Part shown: in pieces, positions 24,951-37,200 of the stretch
Position numbering within the stretch: the stretch's first letter is position 1
Layout of the letters: every line of letters starts with the position of its first letter
Source of the DNA: Octopus bimaculoides
Lineage: Eukaryota
DNA length: 42,198 nucleotides
Reading direction: 5' to 3'
Assembly: GCF_001194135.2 (NCBI RefSeq)
Contig: NC_069010.1
Coordinates: forward strand, 1,015,011 to 1,057,208
Made by a program: the position numbers and the translations under genes
The notes under the pieces: model-generated
The model's input: only the letters and a program-made list of their open reading frames with translations
What the model was told of the DNA's origin: nothing
The model's database searches: none

Positions 24951-25421
24951 CACTTAGATAAAACAAAGTTTACTGGATACAATGAGAGATTTATCAGTGA
25001 AAAAATGACAGGGTGTTCATATTTGGAACACATTTCATTGTACGTCTGCCAGATTATGTGAGACATCTACAGAAATAATAAAAACAATAACTTGTCAGTA
25101 AACATTTTAAAAATATAAAACAAACAAAAGCTTTGTCATTATCTCACCTGTTAAACCACAATATATATTATTTTGCTGTTCCAAAAGAGAAGCTGGAATC
25201 TATTGTGATTCTAATTTATCCATTTCACCAACTGTGCTAACCTCATTGGACACTTTGTGAAATATCAATAATATCGATATGTTTAATATGATTAGTTTAC
25301 TGCTAAAACTTTCCATTGAAAGGTAAGAATGGAAGCTGCTCTTTATCATTCGGATATCAAAATAGTTCAATAGAAGATAAGCCTTACAGAAATCAATTAA
25401 GTACTGTTATTTTATACTCAC

Positions 25422-25472
25422 CAATTGGCTCTGCCAGTGTCTGCGTTTCCTTGTCTTGAAATGTTCGATTTT
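25422..25472 (-). other. Putative cassette exon Y3 (51 nt)
   Basis: aatttcag|...|gtgagt; phase-1 frame NRTFQDKETQTLAEPI is open. Confidence 0.45.
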
Positions 25473-25519
25473 CTGAAATTAAAATTTCCAAGTTTTAAAC
25501 GTTATAGATAAATGTCTTT

Positions 25520-25937
25520 ATCTTTACTCGTTTACTCTTTTACTTGTTTCAGTCAATTGACTGCGACCATGCTGGGGCACCGCTTTAGTCGAGTAAATCG
25601 ATCTCAGGTCTTATTCCTTGTAAGCCTAGTACTTATTCTATCGCTATCTTTTGCCGAACCGCTAGGTTACGGTGACGTAAACAGACCACCATTGGTTGTC
25701 AAGCGATGTTGGGGGAACAAACACAGACACACAAACATATACACACACATACATATATATATTTATAGATATGTACGACAGGCTTCTTTCAGTTTCCGTC
25801 TACCAAATCCACTCTCAAGGCTTTGGTCGGCCCGAGGCTATAGTAGAAGACACTTGCCCAAGGTGCCACGCAGTGGGAATGAACCCGGAACCATGTGGTT
25901 GGTAAGCAAGCTGCTTACCACACAGCCACTCCTGCGG
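25520..25937 (-). mobile_element. tRNA-derived SINE of the octopus OK/OR type with an internal (TA/TG)n tract
   Basis: Box A TGGCTGTGTGGT, box B GGTTCATTCCC, tail actgaaacaagtaaaagagtaaa. Possible TSD TATCTTT. Confidence 0.9.
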
Positions 25938-26159
25938 CTATCTTTGTTAATATATTTTATTTTCTAAGATTCCTTTCATCGACGATCAACTGTTGAAGAC
26001 AATGGTTTTGGTTAGAATGTTTATAGTTTCAACAGGATTACCATGTAATAGTTTAATATTTAGACTGTCTTCCAAACATTCCTTTATCTCTTGAGACATT
26101 CTACATAATCTAACCACTCTGTCATTATTTCATTTAATTATTACTTGATAACACCATTC

Positions 26160-26610
26160 TTTCCTTAGGTTTATCTTTCCATTCTTATATCTGCACTAAA
26201 CATATGACGTGAATTTGTCCTCTCTCTTTTGCCCTTCTCTAACCAACATTATTCTCATCTTTGCTTAATTCCGATGGCAACCAGTTTGGTTACCACTTCG
26301 AGGAGTATAAACATGCACCCATGATCTCCTTGTTAATCATAGCTCAGGTAATCATTAGTTTTTAATTTCCTGCATCACTGTTCACCAGAATGTCAGCTGA
26401 TGCAGGAAATGCTTTAAAACACCTTAATAAGCCAGTGTTTATAAAGGTGAGCGAAGATTAGTTCTACACAGGTGGAACAGAAAATGACAACAGGTGTCCT
26501 CAATGATGATACACTTGCACAAAACTTCACTCTGCCCCAGGTAACTCTTCATCCTTACATTATAGCAGTGCAAAGAAGATCTGAAATGGTAGAAAGGAAC
26601 TGATTCTCAC
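26160..26610 (-). mobile_element. HERO-like knuckle-RLE relic (paralog of 4260-4740)
   Basis: Collinear match with a private ~29-nt deletion at ~26292. Confidence 0.7.
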
Positions 26611-27549
26611 GAATCTAGGATACCCTCTTCTATATATCAACCAAACCGTTATCTATTCTTTGATGTCCCCTTAATCAATACAGTGCCTCTGAATGGGCTG
26701 AAAACTGAATTACAAACAAATCTGAGGGGACAAAATTGACACCTCTGTAGAAATATTTATCTGACAGAAACTGTCTTCCTGATGTCGTAGTTAACAACAT
26801 TACAAGGAATATGAAACCCTGCTCACACCCCATTCCACCATCACTACTTTACCACATTAGTCACTAATGATCTTTGACGTCGCCTAATTGAATATGTTTC
26901 TAAAATACTTTATAAAATACATCTAATTAGCGTCAACTACGTATACAGAAATGTTCGACAACATAGTGTTTCCTATGAAATGAAGCGAAAACACAATACT
27001 ATCTCGACCATACNNNNNNNNNNNNNNNNNNNNNNNNNNNNNNNNNNNNNNNNNNNNNNNNNNNNNNNNNNNNNNNNNNNNNNNNNNNNNNNNNNNNNNN
27101 NNNNNNNNNNNNNNNNNNNNNNNNNNNNNNNNNNNNNNNNNNNNNNNNNNNNNNNNNNNNNNNNNNNNNNNNNNNNNNNNNNNNNNNNNNNNNNNNNNNN
27201 NNNNNNNNNNNNNNNNNNNNNNNNNNNNNNNNNNNNNNNNNNNNNNNNNNNNNNNNNNNNNNNNNNNNNNNNNNNNNNNNNNNNNNNNNNNNNNNNNNNN
27301 NNNNNNNNNNNNNNNNNNNNNNNNNNNNNNNNNNNNNNNNNNNNNNNNNNNNNNNNNNNNNNNNNNNNNNNNNNNNNNNNNNNNNNNNNNNNNNNNNNNN
27401 NNNNNNNNNNNNNNNNNNNNNNNNNNNNNNNNNNNNNNNNNNNNNNNNNNNNNNNNNNNNNNNNNNNNNNNNNNNTTCGTGGTTTTATTGAATATCAATT
27501 CATTGATTACATATTAATAGACAATTATATAAATAGATAATTATTATAC

Positions 27550-29030
27550 GTTTTGTATTTTTGACTGTAAACGTAACTAGACATAAACGATTACAATCTC
27601 TTCTGGATGAGAGCAGATCCTCAGAGGTCAGCTTATAAAACCTGGCTCTCTGTCCTTGCTTCTCAGGTGGGCAAACCAAGCAGATAATGTTCTGTTAGGG
27701 CACCCAACAAGCATTGCTACAGACCGAGGAACACCATGATAGACGTCATGCGTTTGATTGGTGCATGAAATTAATAAATCATGGTTTTCATCTGAGAGTT
27801 CAATGATACAACCACTGTACCGATCATTTTCATTCGTGTATGCAACGTGTTTTCAGGACTGTAACTTTGAAATATGTAGCTCAGATGCTGGCTGCTCCTC
27901 ACCCAAAAGAGTGAAATTGTCCTTGGCTGATATTCTTTTCATTAGAAGATCAGATCTTGAAGAAAGAATGAAGCACTTATGGGATCGTGTGCCAATTCAT
28001 TTCACTGCGCTGCTGAATTGTGAAGGCAAGTCGAAGCTGTTTTCATTTTGGACGACATCGGCTACAGTTATACAAAAGAACATTATTCCTGGAATGGTTG
28101 CACTTGCTGAGCCATACATCTTGGAATCCGTGAGAAATGTCTTTCTCTGGCTGCTTGTAGACGTGCTTTTGCAGCCACACATTTCACCATTTCACTGATG
28201 CCCTCAAATGTACATTTTCCACATGACATGGCAAAGAAATACCATTCTGCTTCAAATCATTTTGATGATGACAGAGATTTGTTTGGTGTCTCTAGTTCTT
28301 GTAGTGATCGGCTGCACCGTCACTGAATTACAGGAGATGGTTTATGAATGGAAGTGTTTTCTCTATATGCGGTCTCACCCCCCCCCCCCCTAATTAAAGC
28401 ATGCACACTATGGTGTTGTCATGTTTGAAACAATCAGATTTGATACAGACTGAAGTGCATTGTAGGTTTGCACCAGTGTTATAGTAGATCGCGAATGGAT
28501 GAATATATTAGACTGGGAATTGTCCCGATGAAACCCTTGTAAGGCGTCTTGTACTACAAAGTTATGCTTTTCTGTAAAGTCCAACAATACTATTGCTTCA
28601 CCTGATGTCACATCATCTTTTTTTCATAATTAAGGAAACAAGATTGAGACTTTGCTATGAAATGATGTTGTTGCAGAGATTCAAACACACTTTTAGCGGT
28701 TTCAAATAAGGCATTTACTGGGGAAGGTATTCATAAAGGAGCTGGCCAGTCTACATGTGTCCACTGCTTGTGCGTTACTAAACCGCGGAGTGATTAAAAT
28801 ACGTCTAATAAATGTTGTTCAAAATGACATGATTCACACAGGGGCAACATAGAATGTCGATTGCTCACGGAGCAGATCATTTTGCCAAGCAAGTCTGTGT
28901 AGTTGTGATTACCAGGAACGGCAGCGGCGATATGTTTTGCATGTTGGTGATTGTCACAGACTCATACTGAACGCATGCCTGAGGTAAGTAACTGGAACAC
29001 AGCATTTTGGTTGCAAGTCACAAAGAAGCG
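27550..29030 (-). mobile_element. Cys-rich DDE transposase relic, most complete copy
   Basis: EAIVLLDFTEKHNFVVQDALQGFHRDNSQ (equivalent to DFAENY...QGFHW); VKCVAAKARLQ; SGMRSV; truncated at 29030 by an RTE fragment. Confidence 0.9.
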
Positions 29031-29034
29031 AGGA

Positions 29035-29879
29035 GTCAGTCCAATGTTTTGTTCACATGCCACCGGCACAAGTGCCAGTAAGTGAAGCTGGAAATGATCA
29101 CGCTCAAATGGTGCTCTGGCAGTGATCCCGCTCGGATGGTGCTGTCAGCGTTCCACTGGCACGGGTGCCAATCATCAAATTTGGTTCAGTTTCAATCTCA
29201 CGGGCCCCAACAGGTCTTCGCAAGCTGAGTTTAGTGTCCAATGAAGGAAGGTTGGCATGGGTNNNNNNNNNNNNNNNNNNNNNNNNNNNNNNNNNNNNNN
29301 NNNNNNNNNNNNNNNNNNNNNNNNNNNNNNNNNNNNNNNNNNNNNNNNNNNNNNNNNNNNNNNNNNNNNNNNNNNNNNNNNNNNNNNNNNNNNNNNNNNN
29401 NNNNNNNNNNNNNNNNNNNNNNNNNNNNNNNNNNNNNNNNNNNNNNNNNNNNNNNNNNNNNNNNNNNNNNNNNNNNNAAGGCCATGGGCTGTGGCCTCAC
29501 TTGTCTTGCCGGGTCTACTCACGCACAACATATTTCCAAAGGTCTCGGTCACAAGTCATTGCCTCCATGAGGCCTAATGTTCGAAGGTCGTGGTTCACCA
29601 CCTCATCCCAGGTCTTCCTGGGTCTACCTCTTCCACAGGTTCCCTCAACCACTAGGCTGTGGCACTTTTTCACACAACTATCCTCATCCATTCTCGCCAC
29701 ATGACCATACCAGCTCAATCGTCTCTCTTGCACACCACAACTGATGCTTCTTAGGTCCAAATTTTCTCTCAAGGTACTTACGCTCTGTCAAGTATGCACA
29801 CTGACATTATACATCTATCGGTGCATACTTGCTTCATTCCTTGCGAGCTTTGGCATATCCTCAGTAGTCACGGTCCATA
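29035..29879 (-). mobile_element. RTE LINE 3' fragment lacking its tail
   Basis: ARNEASM...LRENLDLRSISCGVQERRLSWYGHVARMDEDSCVKKC...GRGRPRKTWDEVV. Confidence 0.85.
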
Positions 29880-29940
29880 AGGACAATATCATTTACTGTA
29901 TTGAAATTTGCAGCCGGAATCTGGCTTAAAGAGATAGAAA

Positions 29941-30030
29941 GAGAAACAGAGAGAGAAAGAGAAACAGAGAGAGAAAGAGAAACAGAGAGAGAAAGAGAAA
30001 CAGAGAGAGAAAGAGAAACAGAGAGAGAAA
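29941..30030 (+). repeat. (GAGAAACAGAGAGAGAAA)x5 purine-rich minisatellite; shorter paralog at ~32780-32870
   Basis: 90 nt = 5 perfect 18-mers. Confidence 0.95.
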
Positions 30031-30574
30031 CAGGGAGAAAGAGTAAGATAGAGAGTAGAGAAAAGGGACAGAGATAGAGAGGCAAAACAGGGAAGCAACT
30101 GTTATCTTAGTTGCAAACCAAATTCTTGTTGGTGCATATAGACAATATGTAGTGGATATGATGATAGAATTACTGTCAGTAAAAAAGAAGACTGTGTGAC
30201 TACCAGATTGCAATAACAGTGATCAAAATGGGAGTGAAAATGTAAAACAAACAAAAACATTGCTCTTAACTCACCCGTTTACCCCTAAACAATAATATTT
30301 TTCAGTTGCCTGTGGTAAAAGACAATTTTAACTTTATTGCATCCCTTAATTTATCCATATTACCAACAGTTCTGTCCCCGGTGGATATTTTATGATATTT
30401 CAGGAACAGCGTTAACGGAATTATGTTAAAGGAAACCTTTCAAATGGAATTTACTTATCAGACATGTCTTCATTCATTCTGACAAACAAAGTAGCTCAGT
30501 CGAAGGAAGGAAATTGATTAGAATCAATCTGATTCTTAATATTATATTAATATATAATGTAATAATATACTCAC

Positions 30575-30646
30575 CAACTGGCCGTGATGTAAAACTTCTG
30601 AGAAAATCTAAAACCTTCCAGAACATATTCTCACGCGTTGGAGTCT
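30575..30646 (-). other. Putative cassette exon Y4 (72 nt)
   Basis: ttttcag|...|gtgagt; phase-1 frame TPTRENMFWKVLDFLRSFTSRPV is open. Confidence 0.45.
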
Positions 30647-30823
30647 CTGAAAAAATATTTTATGATATTTCAGGAACATCGTTAACAGAATTACGTTAAA
30701 GCAAACCTTTCAAAAGGAAATTAGTTATCAGACATCTCTTCAGACATACTAACAAAAAGAGATAGTTCAGCTGAGGTAATGAAATTTATAAGAATCAATA
30801 CGATGCTGTAATATTATTCTCAC

Positions 30824-30892
30824 CAACCGGCTGTGATGTAGAGGGTGTTGACTGTGATACCTTTGAGAACTTCTTCCCAGGCGTTGGAGTCT
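30824..30892 (-). other. Putative cassette exon Y5 (69 nt)
   Basis: ttttcag|...|gtgaga; phase-1 frame TPTPGKKFSKVSQSTPSTSQPV is open. Confidence 0.45.
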
Positions 30893-31194
30893 CTGAAAAA
30901 AATATATTCAGGTTTCAGTCATTAAAGTTTCGTTATCATTAATAATCTCTATTTTATTGTTGTGAGATATTCCTATGATCAATAGTCAAATGGTGACCAC
31001 TTTTCTGTTGACCAACATATTTATACTTTCTATTGTGATCCCATTAACTGCGCCAAATTTAGGCCCACAACAAAAATAGACTTACACTCCAAAACCTAGT
31101 TTCGCTATTCAGACAGCCTACATATTCTCACAATATTGCAATTTTCTCAATTAATTATCACTTGAAAACAATATTTGTTTTTGCATTCGTTTAG

Positions 31195-31700
31195 TCTTAC
31201 CTTTCTTATTTAAAGTGTTCAGTTTAAATTTGACAGGTTGCATAATATCTAATCTAAAAATAAAAGCATTCAAGAAATTCAAAACAGTTCGACTAGAGAT
31301 GGCTGGGAGATACAAATAATCCCTCTCAGCTTCCACTGCTCTCTCAAGACGTCCCTTAAACCTGAAACCTGTGTTTCTCTTTATGACAACTGATAAAACC
31401 TTTGAAAACCACTTTAATTTTGGACAGAAGCTCAACTTTGTTCTTTCAGTCAGAGCGAATGTTGTCTTTCTCAACCGTGGCCCATACAAAATAATCCATG
31501 TGATTTCAATTGGGGAAACTAGGAAGTTTACAAATGGGTCCACTGAAACCCCATAAATACTCCGACAACCACTTCTCACTCTTTCTAGAGGTATGGTAAT
31601 GTGCTGAATCCTGCTACCACGCATTAAGGCCTTGCAGTAGCAACTGTGTCCAAATACAGGAAACTCCTTTCCAATCTGAAGTTCGCTTCCAATCCCCCAT
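31195..31700 (-). mobile_element. Tc1/mariner relic (paralog of 520-1030)
   Basis: Collinear match, same motifs. Confidence 0.75.
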
Positions 31701-31759
31701 GTCAGCTAACGTGTTTCTTATTGCTAGACTATCCTATCGCCAATGATCATCTAGATATC

Positions 31760-32720
31760 GCTTACTGGCTTTCTTTTATTCTACAAATTAATTCCGTCAT
31801 CAACCAAGTCCGTCATCAAAAATCCAGCCACAAACACATGACACACCACTTCAAGTAGGATCAGACACACACTATATTTCTTAAACGTGAGATATTGCTA
31901 ATCTTTAAGTTTAACTTCCTGCACCACAGTTAACCAGAATGTCATCTGTTTAAGGAAATATTTGAAGACATTTAAATGTCATTCGTCTTCCTCAATGAAG
32001 CAGTTTTCTTTCCGCATGAGCGATTAATTAGTTCTACGCATTTGAACAGAAAAGTAATAACAACTGTCCTAAAACACTATACACTTGTATCACATGTCAT
32101 TATCTACATACAACTGGTCATCGACATATTATTGTGATGAATATATCTGAAATGGTACAGAACAAGTGATTCTCATGAATATATAAGCAAGACGGAGACA
32201 CGGATCAAATGGCAAGAGACAAATCTCGTATTTACCCAGATGCTTTGGTCTATCTTCTGCTTATAACTCTTCCTTGGTTTGTGCCAAAATCTCAATCTAT
32301 CTAATCATCAGACAACAAACTAGTGTACCAACCTCCTAGTCATTTTACAACTTTCTTTTTAATCCTTTGCAAACATAACTAGCTAGTTGGAAATTTACTT
32401 CATTATGCTAAACTTAAACAAGTGACAGAATGAATTATTTATCTGCGTTAAACACCAGTCTTGACCAAGTAATATGTTCGTCCATACCATCCAGAAATAT
32501 TTACATAACTCTTTGGTTGCTTGTTAGTATTCTTAGGTAATCAATTAATGCATTCTTCGGTGATGTCAATCGAACCATTTCTTCTGATTTATCTGCTGAT
32601 CTACGTAACATCCCCATAACTAGCACCAACCAAATGAATGATATGCAAAGTAGATCTAGTCCAATTCCATGAATAAGCCAGTCTCTTGTAAAACACTCTT
32701 GTAAAATGCCATGAATCGCA
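31760..32720 (-). mobile_element. HERO-like relic: RT C-half, knuckle, RLE
   Basis: FIWLVLVMGMLRRSAD, ITWSRLVFNADK, GKYEICL...CLRLAY, LEVVCHVFVA. Confidence 0.75.
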
Positions 32721-33357
32721 TTATGAGGATAATATCATTTACTGTACTCAAACTTGCAGCCAGAATGTATCTTAAAGACAGAGAAAGAGAAACAGAGAGA
32801 GAAACAGAGAGAAAGACTATGATATAGAGATAGAGAAAAGAGGAGAGAGGGAGATATTGAAAAGAGAGAGGCAAATATTATCCCAGTTGCAAACCAAAGT
32901 CTTCTTGGTGGATATAGAGAATATGTATTGGACATAATGATAGAATTACTGTCATAAAGAAAAAGACAGGGTGTTCACATTTGGAACATTTAATATCGTT
33001 TGACTACCAGATTACAATAACAGTGATCAAAATGTGAGTCAAAATGTAAAACAAACAAAAACATTGCTCTTAACTCACCCGTTTACCCCTAAACAATAAT
33101 ATATTTAAGTTTCCTATGGCGAAAGACAATATCAACTTTCTTGCATCTCTTAATTTATCCATATTACCAACTGTTCTGTCCCTGGTGAATATTTTATGAT
33201 ATTTCAGGAACATCGTTAACAGAATTACGTTAAAGCAAACCTTGGAAATGGAATTTAATTTTCAGACATGTCTTCACTCATACTAACAAAAAGAGATAGT
33301 TCAGCTGAGGTAATGAAATTTATAAGAATCAATACGATGCTGTAATATTATACTCAC

Positions 33358-33426
33358 CAACCGGCTGTGATGTAGAGGGTGTTGACTGTGATACCTTTGA
33401 GAACTTCTTCCCAGGCGTTGGAGTCT
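33358..33426 (-). other. Putative cassette exon Y6 (69 nt, identical to Y5)
   Basis: ttttcag|...|gtgagt; open phase-1 frame. Confidence 0.45.
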
Positions 33427-33719
33427 CTGAAAAAAATATATTCAAGTTTCAGGCATTAAAGTTTCGTTATCATTAATAATCTCTATTTTATTGTTGTGAG
33501 ATATTCCTATGATCAATAGTCAAATGGTGATCACTATTCTGTTGGCCAACATATTTATACTTTCTATTGCGATCCCATTAACTGCGCCAAATTGAGGTCC
33601 ACCACAAAAATAGACTTACCCTCCTAAACCTAGTTTCTCTTTCCAGACAGCTTAAATGTTCTCACAACATAATTTTCTCAATTAGTTATCACTTGAAAAC
33701 TGTCCTTTTTGCGTTCGTT

Positions 33720-34250
33720 TAGTCTTAACTTTCTTGTTTAAAGTGTTCGGTTTAAGTTTGACAGTTTGCATAAAAGGAAAACAAAGCAGAATATCTAATC
33801 TAAAAATAAAAGTATTCGAAAAATTCAAAACATTTCGACTAGATATGGCTGGGAGAGACAAGTAATTCCTCTCAGCTTCCACTGCTCTCTGAAGACGACC
33901 CTGAAACCTGAAGCCTGTGTTTCTCTTTATGACAGCTGATAAAACCTTTGAAAACTTCTTTAGTTTTGGGTACCAGCTCAAGTTTAGGGTTGCAATCAGA
34001 GCGAATGGTGTCTTTCTCAACTGTGCCCCATACAAAATAATCCATGTGATTTCAACCAGGGAAACTAGGAAGTTTACAAATGGGTCCACTGAAACCCCAT
34101 AAATACTCCGACAACCACTTCTCACTCTTTCTAGGGGTATGGTAATGAGCCGAATCCTGCTGCCACGCATAAGGCCTTGCAGTAGCAACTGTGTCCAAAT
34201 ACAGGAAACTCTTTTCCAATCTGCAGTTCGCTTCCAATCCTCCATGTCAG
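33720..34250 (-). mobile_element. Tc1/mariner relic (paralog of 520-1030)
   Basis: ARPYAWQQDSAHYHTPRKSEKWLSE; RFQGRLQRAVEAE. Confidence 0.75.
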
Positions 34251-37200
34251 CTTAGTGTTTGTTATTGCCAGATTATCCAATCACCAATGGTCAAGTGGTG
34301 ACCACTTAGGGTTTGTTCAACATGTTTATACTTTCTACAGTGTTACTATGCAATGGATCAATATTTAGATTTACAACAAAATAGACGAACAATCCTCAAC
34401 CTACTGTTTATTGAGACATCCTTCATAATCTAACAATTCAACAATTATCTCATATAATCATCACTTAATAATAATCTTCTTTTCTTAGTTGAGCTTTTCC
34501 TTTCTTATACCTGTACCAACTTTATAACATGTCATTTTCTCAATCACATNNNNNNNNNNNNNNNNNNNNNNNNNNNNNNNNNNNNNNNNNNNNNNNNNNN
34601 NNNNNNNNNNNNNNNNNNNNNNNNNNNNNNNNNNNNNNNNNNNNNNNNNNNNNNNNNNNNNNNNNNNNNNNNNNNNNNNNNNNNNNNNNNNNNNNNNNNN
34701 NNNNNNNNNNNNNNNNNNNNNNNNNNNNNNNNNNNNNNNNNNNNNNNNNNNNNNNNNNNNNNNNNNNNNNNNNNNNNNNNNNNNNNNNNNNNNNNNNNNN
34801 NNNNNNNNNNNNNNNNNNNNNNNNNNNNNNNNNNNNNNNNNNNNNNNNNNNNNNNNNNNNNNNNNNNNNNNNNNNNNNNNNNNNNNNNNNNNNNNNNNNN
34901 NNNNNNNNNNNNNNNNNNNNNNNNNNNNNNNNNNNNNNNNNNNNNNNNNNNNNNNNNNNNNNNNNNNNNNNNNNNNNNNNNNNNNNNNNNNNNNNNNNNN
35001 NNNNNNNNNNNNNNNNNNNNNNNNNNNNNNNNNNNNNNNNNNNNNNNNNNNNNNNNNNNNNNNNNNNNNNNNNNNNNNNNNNNNNNNNNNNNNNNNNNNN
35101 NNNNNNNNNNNNNNNNNNNNNNNNNNNNNNNNNNNNNNNNNNNNNNNNNNNNNNNNNNNNNNNNNNNNNNNNNNNNNNNNNNNNNNNNNNNNNNTCACCA
35201 CTTCAACTAGGATAAACACAGAGTTAAAACAAAATAAGAGAAACTCGCTGCAAGGCGAACGCACAGCAGGAAAGATCTTCTGAGGAAGAACTCCCATCCC
35301 ACAAGTGTTTCGGCCCTTATACATGACATTCTAAAGGAACCAGGCACACCCAGGTCATTACTCCCAGGTGTCCTCCTGCTGCTTTCCAAAATACTGTCTC
35401 AAGTGGCATTTGAACCTTGGTTAATCTTTGTGTGATCTTGTATTCCCAGGTTTGTGCTTCAGCCCACTAGATCATGCTGACCACTGGAGGAACCAATCTA
35501 ATCTTCCTTAGGATCCACATAGAACGGTTCCTTTTCTTAACGGTTGCTGCTGGTAATGTTTAACTTCTGGCATCACAGTTCATCAGAAGGTCATCAGATG
35601 CAGGACATATTTTAGAAACAATGTTAAGCAATGATTAGTCCAACAGAAAGTGTTCCATGTGTCCTAAAACACAGCACACTTGCACAAAACCTCACTAACA
35701 GCTCATCCTCAGATTACTGCAATGAATATACGTTTGGGTGTAAGAATAGTATAACCCAAATAAATATTTGGATATGGTTATCTAGAATACCCTATTGCAG
35801 AATTAATATGTTCATACAGAAGGCATTCCGTATAACCCCAACGTACTTAAGATATTAAACTAACAGAGTAACCAATTTGGAGGATCAACGCTGTCAGGTG
35901 TCACTGACAGTTTTCTATTTAGTCAAGTTTCTCCACTCTACTTTTAGTCGTGTTGGGTGGTACAAGATTCTCTCTGAATATATATCTGAAATGGTACATA
36001 AGAAATGTAACTCAAGAATTATATAAGCAAGACGGGGATTTAGGTCAAACGGGAAGCACCAAATCTTGTAAGGGCTCCCCTAATTTAGATTTACCTACCG
36101 CTGATCTCAATGCCTCTCCTAGTTTTAGATGACCAAGTAGCGTACCATTGTCCGAAACCTTTTACAGGTTTCTCTTTAACCTTTGGCTGCTACTTATTTG
36201 CCTTAAACTGCATTCTTCACCAAGTAATTAGTCCATCCAGTCTATCCAGAACTATTTGCATATACATTTGATCTCTTCTTAGNNNNNNNNNNNNNNNNNN
36301 NNNNNNNNNNNNNNNNNNNNNNNNNNNNNNNNNNNNNNNNNNNNNNNNNNNNNNNNNNNNNNNNNNNNNNNNNNNNNNNNNNNNNNNNNNNNNNNNNNNN
36401 NNNNNNNNNNNNNNNNNNNNNNNNNNNNNNNNNNNNNNNNNNNNNNNNNNNNNNNNNNNNNNNNNNNNNNNNNNNNNNNNNNNNNNNNNNNNNNNNNNNN
36501 NNNNNNNNNNNNNNNNNNNNNNNNNNNNNNNNNNNNNNNNNNNNNNNNNNNNNNNNNNNNNNNNNNNNNNNNNNNNNNNNNNNNNNNNNNNNNNNNNNNN
36601 NNNNNNNNNNNNNNNNNNNNNNNNNNNNNNNNNNNNNNNNNNNNNNNNNNNNNNNNNNNNNNNNNNNNNNNNNNNNNNNNNNNNNNNNNNNNNNNNNNNN
36701 NNNNNNNNNNNNNNNNNNNNNNNNNNNNNNNNNNNNNNNNNNNNNNNNNNNNNNNNNNNNNNNNNNNNNNNNNNNNNNNNNNNNNNNNNNNNNNNNNNNN
36801 NNNNNNNNNNNNNNNNNNNNNNNNNNNNNNNNNNNNNNNNNNNNNNNNNNNNNNNNNNNNNNNNNNNNNNNNNNNNNNNNNNNNNNNNNNNNNNNNNNNN
36901 NNNNNNNNNNNNNNNNNNNNNNNNNNNNNNNNNNNNNNNNNNNNNNNNNNNNNNNNNNNNNNNNNNNNNNNNNNNNNNNNNNNNNNNNNNNNNNNNNNNN
37001 NNNNNNNNNNNNNNNNNNNNNNNNNNNNNNNNNNNNNNNNNNNNNNNNNNNNNNNNNNNNNNNNNNNNNNNNNNNNNNNNNNNNNNNNNNNNNNNNNNNN
37101 NNNNNNNNNNNNNNNNNNNNNNNNNNNNNNNNNNNNNNNNNNNNNNNNNNNNNNNNNNNNNNNTTTAGTCTCTTGTTAGTATTGTTATGTCAGCCATGAA

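Noticed and set aside
24506-28198. Plus-strand ORFs 24506-24868, 25512-25967 and 27758-28198 (also 10159-10542)
   Set aside because: Antisense shadows of the RT relic, SINE, transposase relic and cassette.
30437-33282. TGA aligned with TGT/TGG in the 42-nt blocks, suggesting selenocysteine
   Set aside because: No SECIS identified and no redox motif; ordinary decay or a non-coding block explains it.
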